From positions 62,001 to 126,000 of the forward strand of contig RHPI01002402.1 of assembly GCA_009103225.1 (NCBI GenBank): 64,000 nt of DNA. The letters run 5' to 3'. The notes beneath the pieces were generated by a model. The model saw only the letters and a list, made by a program, of their open reading frames with translations, did no database searches and was not told where the DNA came from. The DNA is from Chlorokybus atmophyticus (lineage: Eukaryota; Plantae; Mesostigma and Chlorokybus algae). Below are positions 1 through 13,278 of the stretch, piece by piece; position 1 is the first letter of the stretch; each line of letters begins with the position of its first letter. A program made the translations under genes and the position numbers.

Positions 1-2
1 CA

Positions 3-1183
3 TTGGGGTTCACGCCACAGCCATCAGAGCCGCCGCCCGCTTTTGTACTGTTCGCTACACCGGACTCACCCGTGGCAGAGATTTTACAAGGGCTGGACTT
101 CGCTTTTCCTGGCTCAACGAAGATTGGCGGCTTAACTGTCACGCCCACCCTCAACATCGACACACTGTTTGTGGATGGTGAACTGAAACGTAGGTACTTG
201 AAGCTGTGCCAAGGCTGGCTTACTCACCCTATCTACATGCACTGAGCATTTTATACTCTGCTTGCTCAGGTGGTGGTGTTGCTGGCTTGATCATCTCTGG
301 CAACGTTGAAGTTGCAAGTATTGTTGCTCAAGGCTGCCGTCCGGTAGGACAGATTCATACAATCACCAAGGCCTCGAAAAACGTCATCTTGGAACTGGAC
401 GGCAAGCCAGCTGTGCAAAGCATCATCGAGTTGTTGGAGAGAGCAGGTAGGTAGGCTGGGGTGTGTTGAGCAGTTGACTTGTCAGCATCTCCTCCGACCA
501 TACACCCAATATTACACTTGGCAGAGTCGACGGACAAACAGCTCATCCGCTCTGCCCTCTTCACCGGCATCGTGCGCGATGAGTTTACGACGGAGCCTGC
601 TCCAGGGGACTACTTGATACGCCAACTGTTGGGACTTGTCCGTGACAATGGCGCACTTGTGGTTGGTAAGTGAAGTGATTGGTACATGTCTCATGACTGT
701 CAAATGTGCGATCAGTATAGTACAAGTTCAGTAGCTGCCTCATCGTATGTACGTATTGACAGTGCTTGTATGTTTTGTACTTTTTGTGCAGGGGACTACG
801 TTCGCACTGGGCAGCGTCTTCGCTTCCATGTGCGCGATGCGCAGACGAGTCGCGAGGACATCAGCACGTTGTTGGCTCGCTTCCGCAGCGAGCGCGCTTT
901 GTCGGCCAGCGTTGATGACACGGACTTGTCCAGTCAGCAGCAGCAGCCGATCGGCGCGTTGATGTTTGCATGCACAGGGCGAGGTGTCGGGTTGTACGGT
1001 GAGGCCGACTTCGACACGCGTACGTTCCACCAGCTCTATCCCAACGTTCCAATGGCGGGCGCTTTCGTCAACGGCGAGATTGGACCTGTTGGCAGCGGTG
1101 CATTCAAGCAGACGTTCCTCCATGGATTCACCAGCGTTGTGGCTTTGGTGTATCCAAGAGGCTGTAACAACGTTGAAGCGTAA
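3..1183 (+). CDS. FIST-domain protein, 3' part; 5' end outside window; about 4 exons (~3-190, ~270-447, ~524-664, ~791-1183)
   Basis: Spliced ORF pieces VFATPDS...KIGGL, GGVAGLIISGNVEVASIVAQGCRPVG, DYLIRQLLG, GQRLRFHVRD and C-terminal GALMFACTGRG..LYG..DFD...NGEIGPVG..TFLHGFTSV match the FIST-N/FIST-C signature; stop TAA at 1181-1183. Confidence 0.88.
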
Positions 1184-2624
1184 TGCAACATATCAAAGCA
1201 AGTGCCGTCTTGCTGAGACACGCTTTCCAAGGCACGGAGGTTACGTGATGCACACAGCCTGCATGCCTTCGAAGCAGGTCCTGGTAGGTGTAAAGTTGGT
1301 GCCACGGTCGTGACTCACAGTTGGTTGGGGAGTGGCGACTTAATGTATAGGTAATGCTGCCACTGATATCGCACATACAACATGTATAGGTGGTCGGTTT
1401 GATGCAATGTACGGTAGCAATTGTGACACTCGTACATCCAGCTTGATGCATGTGCTTTGTGACGCCTGCTGAGGTTTGTACAGACTTCAGCTCCACAACA
1501 GCCTTGGACAGATTTTTGTGCCGCACGCAGTCAAGCCCCACTCGCTGCTGGTACATCCGCACGCTGGACTGAGCATAAGCTGTTGTACAGGATGTATGCC
1601 CTCGCTGCGCAGCATCCGGTTTTCAAAGCCAACATTGTAAGCGCCTTATCACATCACGTGTACGCGATCAGAGCTGCAGCGGGGTGAGCGAGGGATGGTG
1701 TAGGCGGCGGAGGGGGTGGAGGAGAGGGAGGGTCGGGGAGTCAGCGTCCTGCTGCTGTTGGCATCGCTACTGCTGCGACTGACCCACTAACCAAGAAGCA
1801 TCTGCAGGTGCCTAAGCTGGCCGTGCATACATGCATGCCTGCATGATTAACAGGGGGGCAGTAGTGGTAGTAGGGGTAGAGGTAGGCGGGTGGTAGATAG
1901 CAGGTGCGTGGTTGAACCCGGTGGTTGAGTTGGTGAGTTTGTTATGTTGATGTTGCTTTGCATGTGAACATGGCATGTTTGACATTGCACGCTCGAAATC
2001 CCTGTTCCTTCTTTTATACAGTCAAGTCAGGCAGTAGTTATCTGAACCGTCATGAGAGCTGTCCCTACCCTCGTTACTCGAGGAGCATGAGGAGCAGAGT
2101 TGCTGCTGCTCTTTGTTGCATTAGAAGCTGTGGGTGCGTTGAGAGAACTGCTCAATCAGCAGCGGTTGAAGCGGGATGCAAACAGAGATATTGCAGTCTT
2201 GCTGGTGGCTAAGGACGTAAAGCACTATTTTCAGGTCCTTGTCCCATGTGCGGGTGCATGGGTTCGCGCTGTGCGTAAGCGCGTGTTGGGGAGGGAGGCG
2301 GGGTAATCGATATTTAAATGTAAAGTCTACACTCCAATGTCATGCATGCCTAGTCTTTGCAGTCATCAACCACTAACACTGCGCACAGCACTGTTTAGTG
2401 GTGATGAAATGCGTGGGTGCGCGGGTGCATGGGCTTGTGCAGCCATTGGCTATTGCGACTCCCGCTTGCTCACCTCACGCGTCATACCGTTTTTGTGTAC
2501 CGCACTCCAGACGAGACTCTCTTGCACGCATACCGATGCGAAGCCGCCGCCGCCGCCGCCGCAAAGAATGTGTTCAACGCAAGCAAAGCTATAGACTTAT
2601 AAGTTGCCCCATTGGCCCTCATCC

Positions 2625-2696
2625 GGACGTATAGCTCAGTGGTAGAGCGGCTGACTGCAGATCAGCAGGTCCCCAGTTCAAACCTGGGTGCGTCCT
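2625..2696 (+). tRNA. trnC-GCA: tRNA-Cys (GCA)
   Basis: Acceptor stem GGACGTA/TGCGTCC, D arm TAGCTCAGTGGTAGAGC, anticodon stem GCTGA/TCAGC with loop CTGCAGA, T loop GTTCAAA, discriminator U73 typical of Cys; no intron. Confidence 0.97.
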
Positions 2697-3443
2697 GCAA
2701 TCCCAGGAAAAACGCGCTGGTCGGTCACACGACTCCTTCATAGGGCACTGCCTGCACCGCGGTTATTGCGGACCGACGACGCTGATGGCGGCTCGCGCCA
2801 GATTGCGTAATTTTAATGTAGCATCAGCCTCCAAACATTCACACGGTGTTCTGTAACAACCACATGTTACTGCCCTAGCTATTTGATAACTTCTATGCGC
2901 ATGATTATAACAAGCATACTAACACGACTATCAGCATGTTCACACAGCAACTCGCGCATTGCGCACAACTCAACCCTAAGCGCTGCATTGTATTACATCC
3001 TCTGTCTCGCGTGTGCTAGCACGCCCGCTTATATAGTGCTAGCTATACAAGTACATACTATAGATATAGTGTATCCCTGGCATGATTGCTGACATTGCTG
3101 ACATCGCTGATGAATGTTACAATATGCCATGTGATATCGACTCTGTCAATATCACTTAACTAGTCATAAGCGATCTCGTTGATGTAATGTTACGCGATCG
3201 TTACAGTTCTTAGCATCACAATGTGTTAATTGATGTCATATGCTGCGCGCGGCTCACGTCAGATTCGCTGTATCGGTATGTGATTGTAATGCAGCATCAG
3301 CCTTCAAATACTCACATGGTATTCTCAGCATCACAACTGGTAGTACATGTGTACTATGTTAAGTCACGCCTTCTTCTGCTCACACACACACACACACACA
3401 AACACATGTGTCGTGCACGTTGCATACATCACGTGCAAATTCT

Positions 3444-3445
<2 letters not shown>

Positions 3446-3509
<64 letters not shown>
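3446..3509. repeat. (AC)32 microsatellite, with a shorter (CA)n at ~3380
   Basis: Pure dinucleotide run read directly. Confidence 0.97.
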
Positions 3510-3514
<5 letters not shown>

Positions 3515-5108
3515 GGGCAAGCATATATGTGCATACACCGAGGTGTATATAAAGGGTATGGTACTATGGCAACATGCATGGTGTGCGGGCAATGTGAGTA
3601 ACATGCATGACAAATAACCTTCACCACTCACATAGCAGTCACAACCGAGCTAGTGCTATCTACGCTATGCTATGCTTGTACTAGCCCGCCCGGTTATACA
3701 TACAGCAAGCATGCAGAAAACAGTACCTGCCCACAAGGGCTGCGGTTAGCAGTTGCTGGCTAGGACGGCAACGGCAGCAACAACAGCGACGCGGACTCCA
3801 ACGCCCTCCTCCCTTCCGCCTCCCGCCAGCGCCACCTTCCCAGCCCTTGCTCAGCAATGGCAGCCGCTGTCGCCACTGCCGTACTTTAGAGTTTCGTCAG
3901 TTGCATCGTAGCATGCACGATGCACAGTCACGCATGTCATGCATGTGCTGCAGCACTCCCTTGCTGCTGTCGTTGTGCTTACTTCAATCTAAACACAAAG
4001 TGCAATATGGTTTTTCTTATCGCATGCACATTGTGCACGTTTTGTATACAACAACCCTTTCATCTACATAAAGTGCTTGCAAAAAGAGAGACAGTTGCAT
4101 TTGGGATGGTTTCCCTTGCTTTATGCCCCAAATGGCCAGCTGTTGTAGCTGTGCCGGGAACGAGTGCAGTGCTTAAAGCTCTTTAGTGCAAAGATTACAC
4201 GGTGTAGTAGTTTGCCCCTATGCAGATGTGTCCCTGTGCACAATGTGCATACATCACGGTTGCATGATTGCATGATGCATAATTGAAGTGTTAGCTACTT
4301 CAGAAAGTACCACTATCTTCACCTATTCATTGACGCGTCATGCATTGAATGATGCACGTGTGCAAACATGTTCACAGTAGTTGTCATTATTTGAGACAGG
4401 GCATTGCTATGATGATGTCGGAAATGATTCCAATACCGTCGAGCTGACGGTAAATTGGTATAGGTATATTGGTATAGGTATACACCAATGTTCATTGCGA
4501 GCATTGAAAATTACTCATCCCTAAAACGCGCGATGCAATGGAACACGCCTACCATCAATGAACATCATGAGGTAGCGCGTTAACGGCGATTGCCGAGGGT
4601 TTTTAATTCTTGTGCCATCTAACAATCTCATATAGGGCGAACAAGTTGTGGCAACGTAATGTTTGTATTGAAATGACTCTACCACTATCTTGCGGAATCT
4701 GCCTGAGGACATTCAAAGCAGTGCATCCCATGTGCCACGCATGTCATGATGATCTGTTTCGTACTACAAGCAACCTTGCCGCATCTCATTTAAGCAAGAC
4801 ATACGGCAAAGTTCCACTTAACAGCAAACATGCATACACTCACAACTAAGCTATGCCTATGGCAAGTTCATCTGCAGCAACACCATTTCTAACAATGCAA
4901 CCCTTCAGTGAAATTGTTAGTCACTAAAATTAATTAGATGGTTGAGTAGCACATGATCTTCCTCACAAGGTTGTGGAATGCAGTCCCGCAACTTGCCAAC
5001 TAACAGCAGCAACCGAAGCTGCTGTTAGTTGGCAAGTTGAAATACACAGATTCAAATGCTGCAAGAAGAAGTCATGATGCAGCTGCTGACTGCAGTGCGC
5101 TGCCATAT

Positions 5109-7194
5109 CTAAACGCGGGCGAAAAGCTCTTCAATGGGTGTTGCAGGCTCGCTGGTACTTGCAATAATCTGCGACATCGAGACATGGCATGATGAGCACT
5201 ACATAATCGCTCTGCTACCGGCGCGCCCATGCATGGCCGAAAAACTACGACAATCTGTTGTATAGCACACAGTTGCTGCCATAAATGATGCATACCTCTA
5301 CAATCTTGTTGGCCGCAGCAGGCTGCATCAGTGCCTCGACACATACCTCAGCAACCTTATCAAATAAACAACATGTAAGCATCTGCGCAGGACTCTCTGC
5401 TGACATTCATAATTCATTTGCAACGTCTGACTAGGCTTACCTGGCTGCGCAATATGCCGCCACCAAACAGGGTGTCAGCCCGTCTCATTACAATGTTTCC
5501 TTTCTGCATGACGCATGAAGTACAACATATGAATATGCCAACATCCCCAACGTGTGCGATGTACATAATGATAAGCTTCGACAGCGAACACGCAGATGCA
5601 GCATGCTGCGTACCTTGACGACTAAAACTTCAATGCAGCTACATGCCAAGCAAGGGAGCTGGTGGCAGACTGTACACAAGCATAATGCCAGGCTTACCTG
5701 CTCTCCTGGTCGCAACTCATCCTTCAACCCACCAGGCCTCACAATCGTGTACGAGAGGCCAGACCGTTGCAGATACAGCTCTGCTTGCTTCTTCCTGCAG
5801 CCAACCATAAGGGTGACAATGTGAATCCGGTAAAGGCGGGTCACAGAACAGTGTAGCAAGGGTCCGGCAATGCAATAGGTAAGACACGCTCACCAGAACA
5901 GGATGCCCCAGAACAGATTCAGAGGGTTGATAAGTTGAGATGTACCGAGAGACGTCACTAGCACAAACTGCGTGCACAACACTGCGTTGGTTTTTTTTCC
6001 AGTATGAGCAAACTCACTAACGCCCGAAGCAACACGCACATGCTTGACGCCGGCTGCTTTCGCTGCTGCTACAAGGTTCATGGTGCCTTCATAGTCAACC
6101 TGAAGCATGCAGACCAACACTTGTGTTACGCGCTTGCACTGTATACTGTATAAGGCACATGTCATGACAACCACGCATGCCATCACATACACCAAACCAA
6201 AGGCCACACCCTCAACCTGAAACGGACCGGTTGGGTCTAGCGATGGCGTCGCACCAGTTGCACAAATAACGTACTCGCTGCACCATGGTGTACAACCCCT
6301 CAGATAATCAGACATATGAACTGCCAAGCTGGCTAGTCATACAAGGAGGAGTACTGTGAACAGTACCTGTCCTGCATTGCTCTTTGAACATCTTCGTAGT
6401 TATAGACATCTCCAGTTGCAAACCTGATATCGCGATTCGCGAGGGCCGTAGCTCTGCTGCGATCACGCACGAATGCCATGATATCTGCACCTTCAGGACC
6501 AAGTTGCCTGACAACCTCCCTGCATACAAGCAGTCAGCCACGAACAGCTCATATCAACCGCTGGTACATATTGGTTTGGTCTTACCAAACTGCTGAACTG
6601 TGTTGCACGGTGCATGCACGAACTAGCAAGCCCAGCACACACCACGTACACCAATCCGCGTGCAACCAGTAGCCAAGTGCGCTCTTAACTTGAAACGTGC
6701 AAGAAGACGAGAAGTGACAAGCAGCAGCCGTGCAAGCATGCAAGCATTGGACCGCCAACCTTCCGGTACGGCCTGTGGCGCCAGCGACGAGAACACGCTT
6801 GCCTGAGATCCCTACCTCCACCTTTACGTCCGCCGCGGAGCAGACAGCTGTTCAAACACAACGACAAACGGCTTGTTTCAGCAACGTCACAACAGCTTAT
6901 TCAATGTGAATAGCATAGCAGCAACGCTCTCTTTGCTACGTCCCAAAACTAACAGTCATTGTGCATCTTGGTTTCGTTGAAAGCCAGGCCAAGCGAAGCC
7001 AGACCACGCCATGCACAGCAGTACTTCAGTCAGGTCCCATGCATGCACTCACCTTGCCGGCGTCCACGACCAGCGCCACCGCAATGCTTTCTTGTCACGG
7101 ACTCACTCGGGCGCTGTCCTCGCCATCCGACAGAGGGGTGGTGCAGGACTGCTGCAGGCATCGCCGCCGCCGTCACCGCCGCCATGCCCGCCAT
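5109..7194 (-). CDS. Plastid-targeted NAD(P)-binding Rossmann-fold protein (atypical SDR / NmrA-Tic62-like family), about 10 exons
   Basis: Ala/Arg-rich N-terminus MAGMAAVTAAAMP, then RVLVAGATGRTG, VICATG, VDYEGTMNLVAAAKAAGVKHFVLVTSLG, KKQAELYLQRSGLSYTIVRPGGL, VAEVCVEAL, ending PIEELFARV*. Confidence 0.9.
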
Positions 7195-7444
7195 GCACTG
7201 TGCATGCTGCATAGCATGCTGTCCAGCTGGTCAACTACGGTCGACGACGACGTTGCCACTTATTCGCCGACTTTTTGGTGTCGGTGGATGAGATTAGGGT
7301 TGTTTCTGGTCGATTGAATTAGGGCTGAAATAGGGCTTCGTTGTGAGCCGCAAGCAAGGCCACGTAAGAACTGGGGTGGGCGCCAGCGGCGGCGGCGGAG
7401 GCGGCAGTGGTGCAGGAAGAGGAGCCGGCAGGGAGGTGCGGATC

Positions 7445-8368
7445 ATGGCAGCGGCGGCATTGAGGGCGGCTGTGCCTGTGGCGAGCACGCAGGGTGCTAG
7501 CTTGCGCGGCGACCAGACCGGTCTGCAGGTAGGCGAGCAGGCTATCACGCGTGGTCAGCTTGCTTATGACTGCCACATTGCGCTATTCGCCTGTCAAGCA
7601 TTACTCTCTCCTGCCTGCTGCGTACAAGCCGTGTTTGGATCGTCCGGACTGGAAGTACCACTTTTGTGCGCTGTGCCTTGGCATGTTGCCTGTGTGACAA
7701 GTTGATGTTCCAAACTGAACACATCATACAGTCAGTCTACTCTTGCAATGCCAAATTGGACGCCTGCCTTTTGCCACCAATGTTTGAGGGCAGGTATTGC
7801 CTGACGTGACGTCAATGCTGAATCTGATCATCTGACCAGCAGCGTTGATGTCAATCTCGTATTAGGATGGAAAGGCTCACCGTTCGTCATGCTTCACAGG
7901 TGAATCGCGGCGCGGCCAAGTGGGTGTGCAAAAAAGCTGACATCCATCCCAAGTTCTTCACCGATGCAAAGGTCTTCTGCAACGGCGAGCTGGTGCTGAC
8001 GACAGGCGGCACAAGGCCAGAGTAAGTCCACTCTCAACTACGATTCATGTTGTAAACATACCTTGTGTAATGACACTGTGCAGAAGTAGTTGTACTTTGT
8101 GTTTCATTGTAATGCCTTTGGACTGAGTTGGTGTTTGGACAGGTATGTGGTGGATATCTGGTCTGGCAACCATCCTTTCTTCCAGGGGGGCGCCGGGAAC
8201 ATGGTTGTGGACCAGGGCCGACTGAACCGCTTTAAGCGCCAGTATGGCTCTCTGGGCTCCATGCAGGAGGTTGTGGGTATCACGGGAGACAAGAACAACC
8301 GCAGCTTGGTCGCCGATGCCAAGGCCGCAATGAAGAAGCAGAAGGACAAGAAGAAGGGCAAGAAGTAA
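7445..8368 (+). CDS. PRPL31: Plastid 50S ribosomal protein L31 precursor (nuclear-encoded)
   Basis: Transit peptide MAAAALRAAVPVAS; spliced [46 protein letters not shown]...VDQGRLNRFKRQY is the bL31 signature. Confidence 0.95.
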
Positions 8369-8928
8369 TCTTGCTAGCTGCTCGCTAACATATGCCTACA
8401 CTAGTATAAGTGTTGATACGTTCAAATGTGCAATACAGAGTTGTTCGGTCCCTGCCTTGCTGCCGTTGCATTCACAGTCTGTTCATTGGTGGCAACCGCT
8501 CTGTGAGCAGAGCATAGTATCCTTGAGGTTGCATTGTCAGTGCAGTATAGCGGCAATGGCACAGTGAATGCCACCAGGCATTGTTATGCGGCAAGATGAG
8601 CATGCCATTGAGGCAGTTGTGCAAGTAACATTTGTGCGCGAACACCAAGCTCTGTCTACAAGATGCATGTGGTGAGGAGAGGTAACACAACCGCAGGTGA
8701 GAAGCCAGTGGCCTGATGCAACTGCCCATCCCCACGCCAGATACTGTAGCATGCAAATATTAGCAGGCGCAAGACACTCTCACATAGGTGGACCAGCGCA
8801 TGCACCTACACATGTACGCAACCGCACTGATAGGTCAGCTCATGCTTGTGGACAGGGTTTGCGGTCACAGCCTTTTTAACAGCCTTGGGAAAAATCCCCA
8901 TCACACACAGCTGCATGACATTGACAAC

Positions 8929-11900
8929 TCACGTTTGCAGTGTGAGCTTATCTTTGAGCTTATCTATCAATGCAACAGCTGTGCTGTTTCCAGGGAGGGA
9001 TGCGCGCAATCTGGAAAGGAGCTCGCCATCTTTCGCTTGAGCTGCTGCCTCGGCAGCTTCTGCATACATGCCAATTCGCGCCAACAACTGCAAGCATACG
9101 CAGAATCATACGTTACACAGCTGTTGCATTGGCAGTAGAGGCTTACAAGATGGTACCTGTGCACGATCGTGGAGATCTGGCAGTTTGTTGATGTAGTACG
9201 CAGCTTCAACTGGGTGTTGCTCGTCAATGCACACCTCAACAAACGGCATATACCCAACAGGAGGCTTGCGCTCAGCCGCAAACTTTCTGAGGGAGTCCCA
9301 ATCCTTGATGTTGGCCAGCGCCTTGGTTTTTAGCCAATACCAGGCCTTATCTGGCACCTTCATCTCCGATCTGACTCGCTGTGCAGCTTTGTGATTGCCC
9401 ATAACCAGGCACGTGCGAATTGTGTCGCTTACGCTCGAGTCCATAAACACTCTCTGCCCGGTGCTGGTTTCCAATTCCTTCTGTACCCTGCAAGTAATAC
9501 AGTCGTCACGCACTAACCCTCGCAAGAGAACTGACCAAGCTCAAACTCAACAAAGTGAAAGTGGAGCCATACACCAGTGGAAGCACAAAGGGTTACCTGA
9601 GAAGCCTGATAGCGTCATCAATGGATCTAGCTTGGAACGCGTGCTCCTTACTTTGTGCGTATAACTCAATAGACTTCTCCATCAACTTGATGCGCGCAAC
9701 ATCTTCTCGGCCCAGGTCTTTTGCGATGGCTGCTAGCCCTCGCACCTGACGGTTAGAAGCACTTCCTGCGCGCAATGATGGCCCCAAAGCAAAAGAGGCT
9801 GCCAAAGTGAGGGCTGCCACATTCTCGGTTTGACCGGTAGCCAAGTAGAATTTCTTCAACAGGTCAACATCAACATGCTTTGTGTATGCAATGAAGAGAT
9901 CACGCGCCAGGGGCTTGGACTGTACCAGCCGAAAGAACACATCTTGAGGCTCCTACAGTGCAATTGGTCGTGGTATGTATCAGTACCAAAACACGTAAGC
10001 AAGACAATACCATAGGCATGCCGCTGCAGCAACATCAACATATGTGTGACAGACCTTCTCCCAGATGTGGAAAATGATGTAATATACAAGGTCGGTGTCA
10101 CCGCTCTCAATGGCCTTGACTATGGCGCGCTCGAGCTCGCCCATCTTCATGAGCAGCGGCACCTGCTCAGCGGCACGCGGTTCATAGTCCAGCAGCATTG
10201 CTGCCAACTTTGGTCGGCCATTGCTGAAAGCATCCATAGCGATGGAGGCATAGGATATGCCCTGACACGCCTTCAGCTTGGAGACCAACAGCTCCAGCAC
10301 AAGGCTGTCCGGCACTCCAGCACCTGAAGTTGCTGCGATTTTTGCACAGGCCCAATGCTGCAGAACACGCTTCTGGCCGAACCCCAAGTACTCCGACACG
10401 CGCAATGCGAGGAGATGATGATGGTGGCTGATGAGCCGCTTGATCAATACCTCTGGTGTCAACATCTGAGCAAAACACATGGTCAATATCCGTGGTCCCA
10501 GCACAGCAGCATGCACTGCCAACCTAGGCAATATGGAAGCAATGCAGCAGTTGCAGATGTTGGTTCGTCATACCTGATACTGTTGGTATGTTATAGCAAT
10601 GCCAGCGTCGTAGTGACGTACAGCATTTAGTATGCGCAGTGTCTGGCAGGTGTTGAAAAATCGGTCCCTTGAAAAAGATGGGCAGAAGGCTTTCCCATAA
10701 GCTGCTGCCCTCAACAAGCTGCGCTGAGTGGGTATGTCCAACTCAAACCCAGCCGCGTCAACACAGGCAGCAACAGCTTCGCTCAGCTTGCTCCCAATTG
10801 TGCGTATGTTCTCATCTGCCTAAAGTCGGTATAAGTTATAAAATTAACCATTGACACACAATAACACTACAACCAGTTGAGATCAGACCTTGGCACTGCG
10901 GTGGTCAAAGTGCTCCATTGCATCATAAAGCATGGCTGCCGGAGTCGTGCTGCCAATACTGAAAACATCAACCGTCGCGTCTGGCACGCGCTGCAGAAAT
11001 TCTGTACGATTGTTGGTGATAATTCGTAGTCCGTCGCACTCGGGTGCCAAACACAAGGGCTCCGTGTACTGCCATTCCAATTGAGCTCCAGTTGGGCCCA
11101 CCATCAGTAACCTTTGCTCTTCACTCCAGTACAACACCACACTGTCCTCAGCACACCATAACAGGACATCCGGTGGTAGCAAAGTCTGCAATGACACGAG
11201 GTAATTGTATGAGGGCGCTTCTTGAATCATATATAGTTGAAAACGCAGTAGTAGTGTACCTGCGTGTTGTGCTCTGAAATAATTTGCCCTAAGTCTGCAG
11301 ACAACACCAGCAGCTTGCCATCTTGCGTGAAGCAAGCGAGAAACTTGCCAAGCATAGAAAAAACCATGCGGCTGATAATGCCAGCGCGCAGCGGATGTGG
11401 CGTCACACCTGCAGTGAGTGTTCATTGTGTCATTGTCAACTGTCAACTACTCAAAGTATGGTTGTATTGCAATTGGTCAATATGTACTCGCGTGCCCAAC
11501 CTGCTGCATCAACTTCGTAAATCGTGTCCCCAACCGCCAACATCACTTCAACAGCGTTGGAGAGTGTGAATCTCGGCTCCAGCACTGCCATGCAGGCAGG
11601 CTCGTCCTGGAAGCCGGGGTCCGCCAGTAGCTGTGGTCGGGGCTCATCAAGACTGGTGATTGCCACCAGCTGGTTTGCAGCAGTGCGTGCCACCAGCCCG
11701 CTACTCCAAATGTGACATTGCACCACCTGAACATCAACACGTTGTTGTGCATTGCCTACCTACGCAAATTTGAAATGCTATGCTGATGTGACAATGGAGT
11801 ATACCCGCTGGTCTTTGCATTCACGTCCCAGAGAAAACTGGCTTGGCTGCAGCAGCTGCCCAAACACGTTATACCGAAACACTGTGCCATCATCTTGTAC

Positions 11901-12612
11901 ACAAAGTAAAGTGTCCGCATTGCTCCACCCCAGCGCCACAAGGCGACCTCGGTCCCAGATGAATGAGCACAGCTGCTTGCCCGAAGCCCTGCAGCAGAAG
12001 ACACGATGTTGCTGGGGAGCAATGCGTGCTATAGTCATGCTACAATGTGGGGGCCAATGAAGCAAGCTTCGGGGTTTGCATTTGGTCGTGAGCACTGTGG
12101 GTCAAGCATACGTGAAAACTCTAACTTCAGGGCGAATGGAGCCTGCTCCTAGCAGAACCAGCTTTGAGTCGTCGCGAATGATTGCAATGGGTCCACCTGC
12201 CCTGTGCAATGCGAGATATAGGTAGGAGGTAATAAAAAGTATCTCAGTATTTCAGGTTTCGTCGTGGCTGGAACATCAACGACAGTGCAAGCTAGCAGAA
12301 TAGCTAGCAAAAGTAGATCCTGTCCACAAGTACAACCTGTTCATTGCACAAGTCGTCAGTCAAGACATATAACATGCAACACAGCTCGCATCATACATGC
12401 ACATTTTCTGGTTGCCACAAGTACAGCACTAGGGGAGCACGGCACGTAGCCGTCAAGTCTTCCACATCCAACCACCAAGAGCAGCATTACCTGGCACATG
12501 CAACTATGTGCAGGGAGAGATCCACGTCAGGCCATGCCATCTCATAAACCTCCTGCTTCCGGTAAAACCGGTTGTAAAGCTCCTCCCACTCAGCAGCTGG
12601 AGAAACACCCAT
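8929..12612 (-). CDS. VPS16: Vacuolar protein sorting 16 (HOPS/CORVET subunit), multi-exon
   Basis: MGVSPAAEWEELYNRFYRKQEVYEMAW, GGPIAIIRDDSK, LGWSNADTLLCV, PLCLAPECDGLRII, HWACAKI, LLDYEPRAAEQVPLL, KAIESGDTDLVY, VPDKAWYWLK; stop TGA at 8929-8931. Confidence 0.96.
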
Positions 12613-13278
12613 TACAGCAGCAACAGCTTCACACCGTGCCAGCACCTACTGCTGCACACAGCGGCACATCAGGCGGCCCACAGGACGAGGCTTCGTGCAA
12701 AGCAGGCAGCTCGTTTGCCTAAATATGTCCTCAACCTCCTGCTCTCCTCCTCCTCCTCCGCCTCATACCACCGGCAAGCACAGCGCCATGCACACCTGCG
12801 TTTCCGCTGCTCAACAAACCCTACAGATGTAGCCTTAACGGGTGCTTAACGGCTTAATTGCCTAAGCCCCGCTCGCTCAACAAGAGTGGCATTTGACGGC
12901 TGTCGCGCAAGTGGACTTCAATCGAACGGTTGTAGTGACGTCTACGGCAACGGCAAGTAACGCGTTAAGCAATCAGAGTCATTGCCGCCATTGTCGTCGT
13001 CTTAGTCAGGGTCACCGTCATTGCCGCCGGGTGAGGGTGCAGCTACGGGGAGCGGTAGCGCTTGTGGACGGAGGAGCCAGCTTACAGTGTAGACGCTTTC
13101 TTTTACCAGCCTTTGCATTGCTGAAAAGGCGGCCTGGAGCACAACTGCCTCAGCCTGGCAGCCGGTGTTTTTGGTTTGAGGGTGTTGGGTTTGAAGCTGG
13201 GTTTGCTCGCCAGCAGGATGAGAGACTGTATTTGAGGTACATGTAGAGCTAGTGGTTGCTTGTTACTTTGTGCCAAGC

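Noticed and set aside
1579-1593. 15-nt identity GCTGTTGTACAGGAT with 15813-15827, hinting at paralogous genes
   Set aside because: Similarity does not extend convincingly, and the frames contain stops.
1900-2600. Short ORFs between the FIST gene and tRNA-Cys
   Set aside because: No recognisable motif or consistent exon chain.
3223-3631. ORFs with HTHT or CVCV runs
   Set aside because: Translation of (CA)n microsatellites.
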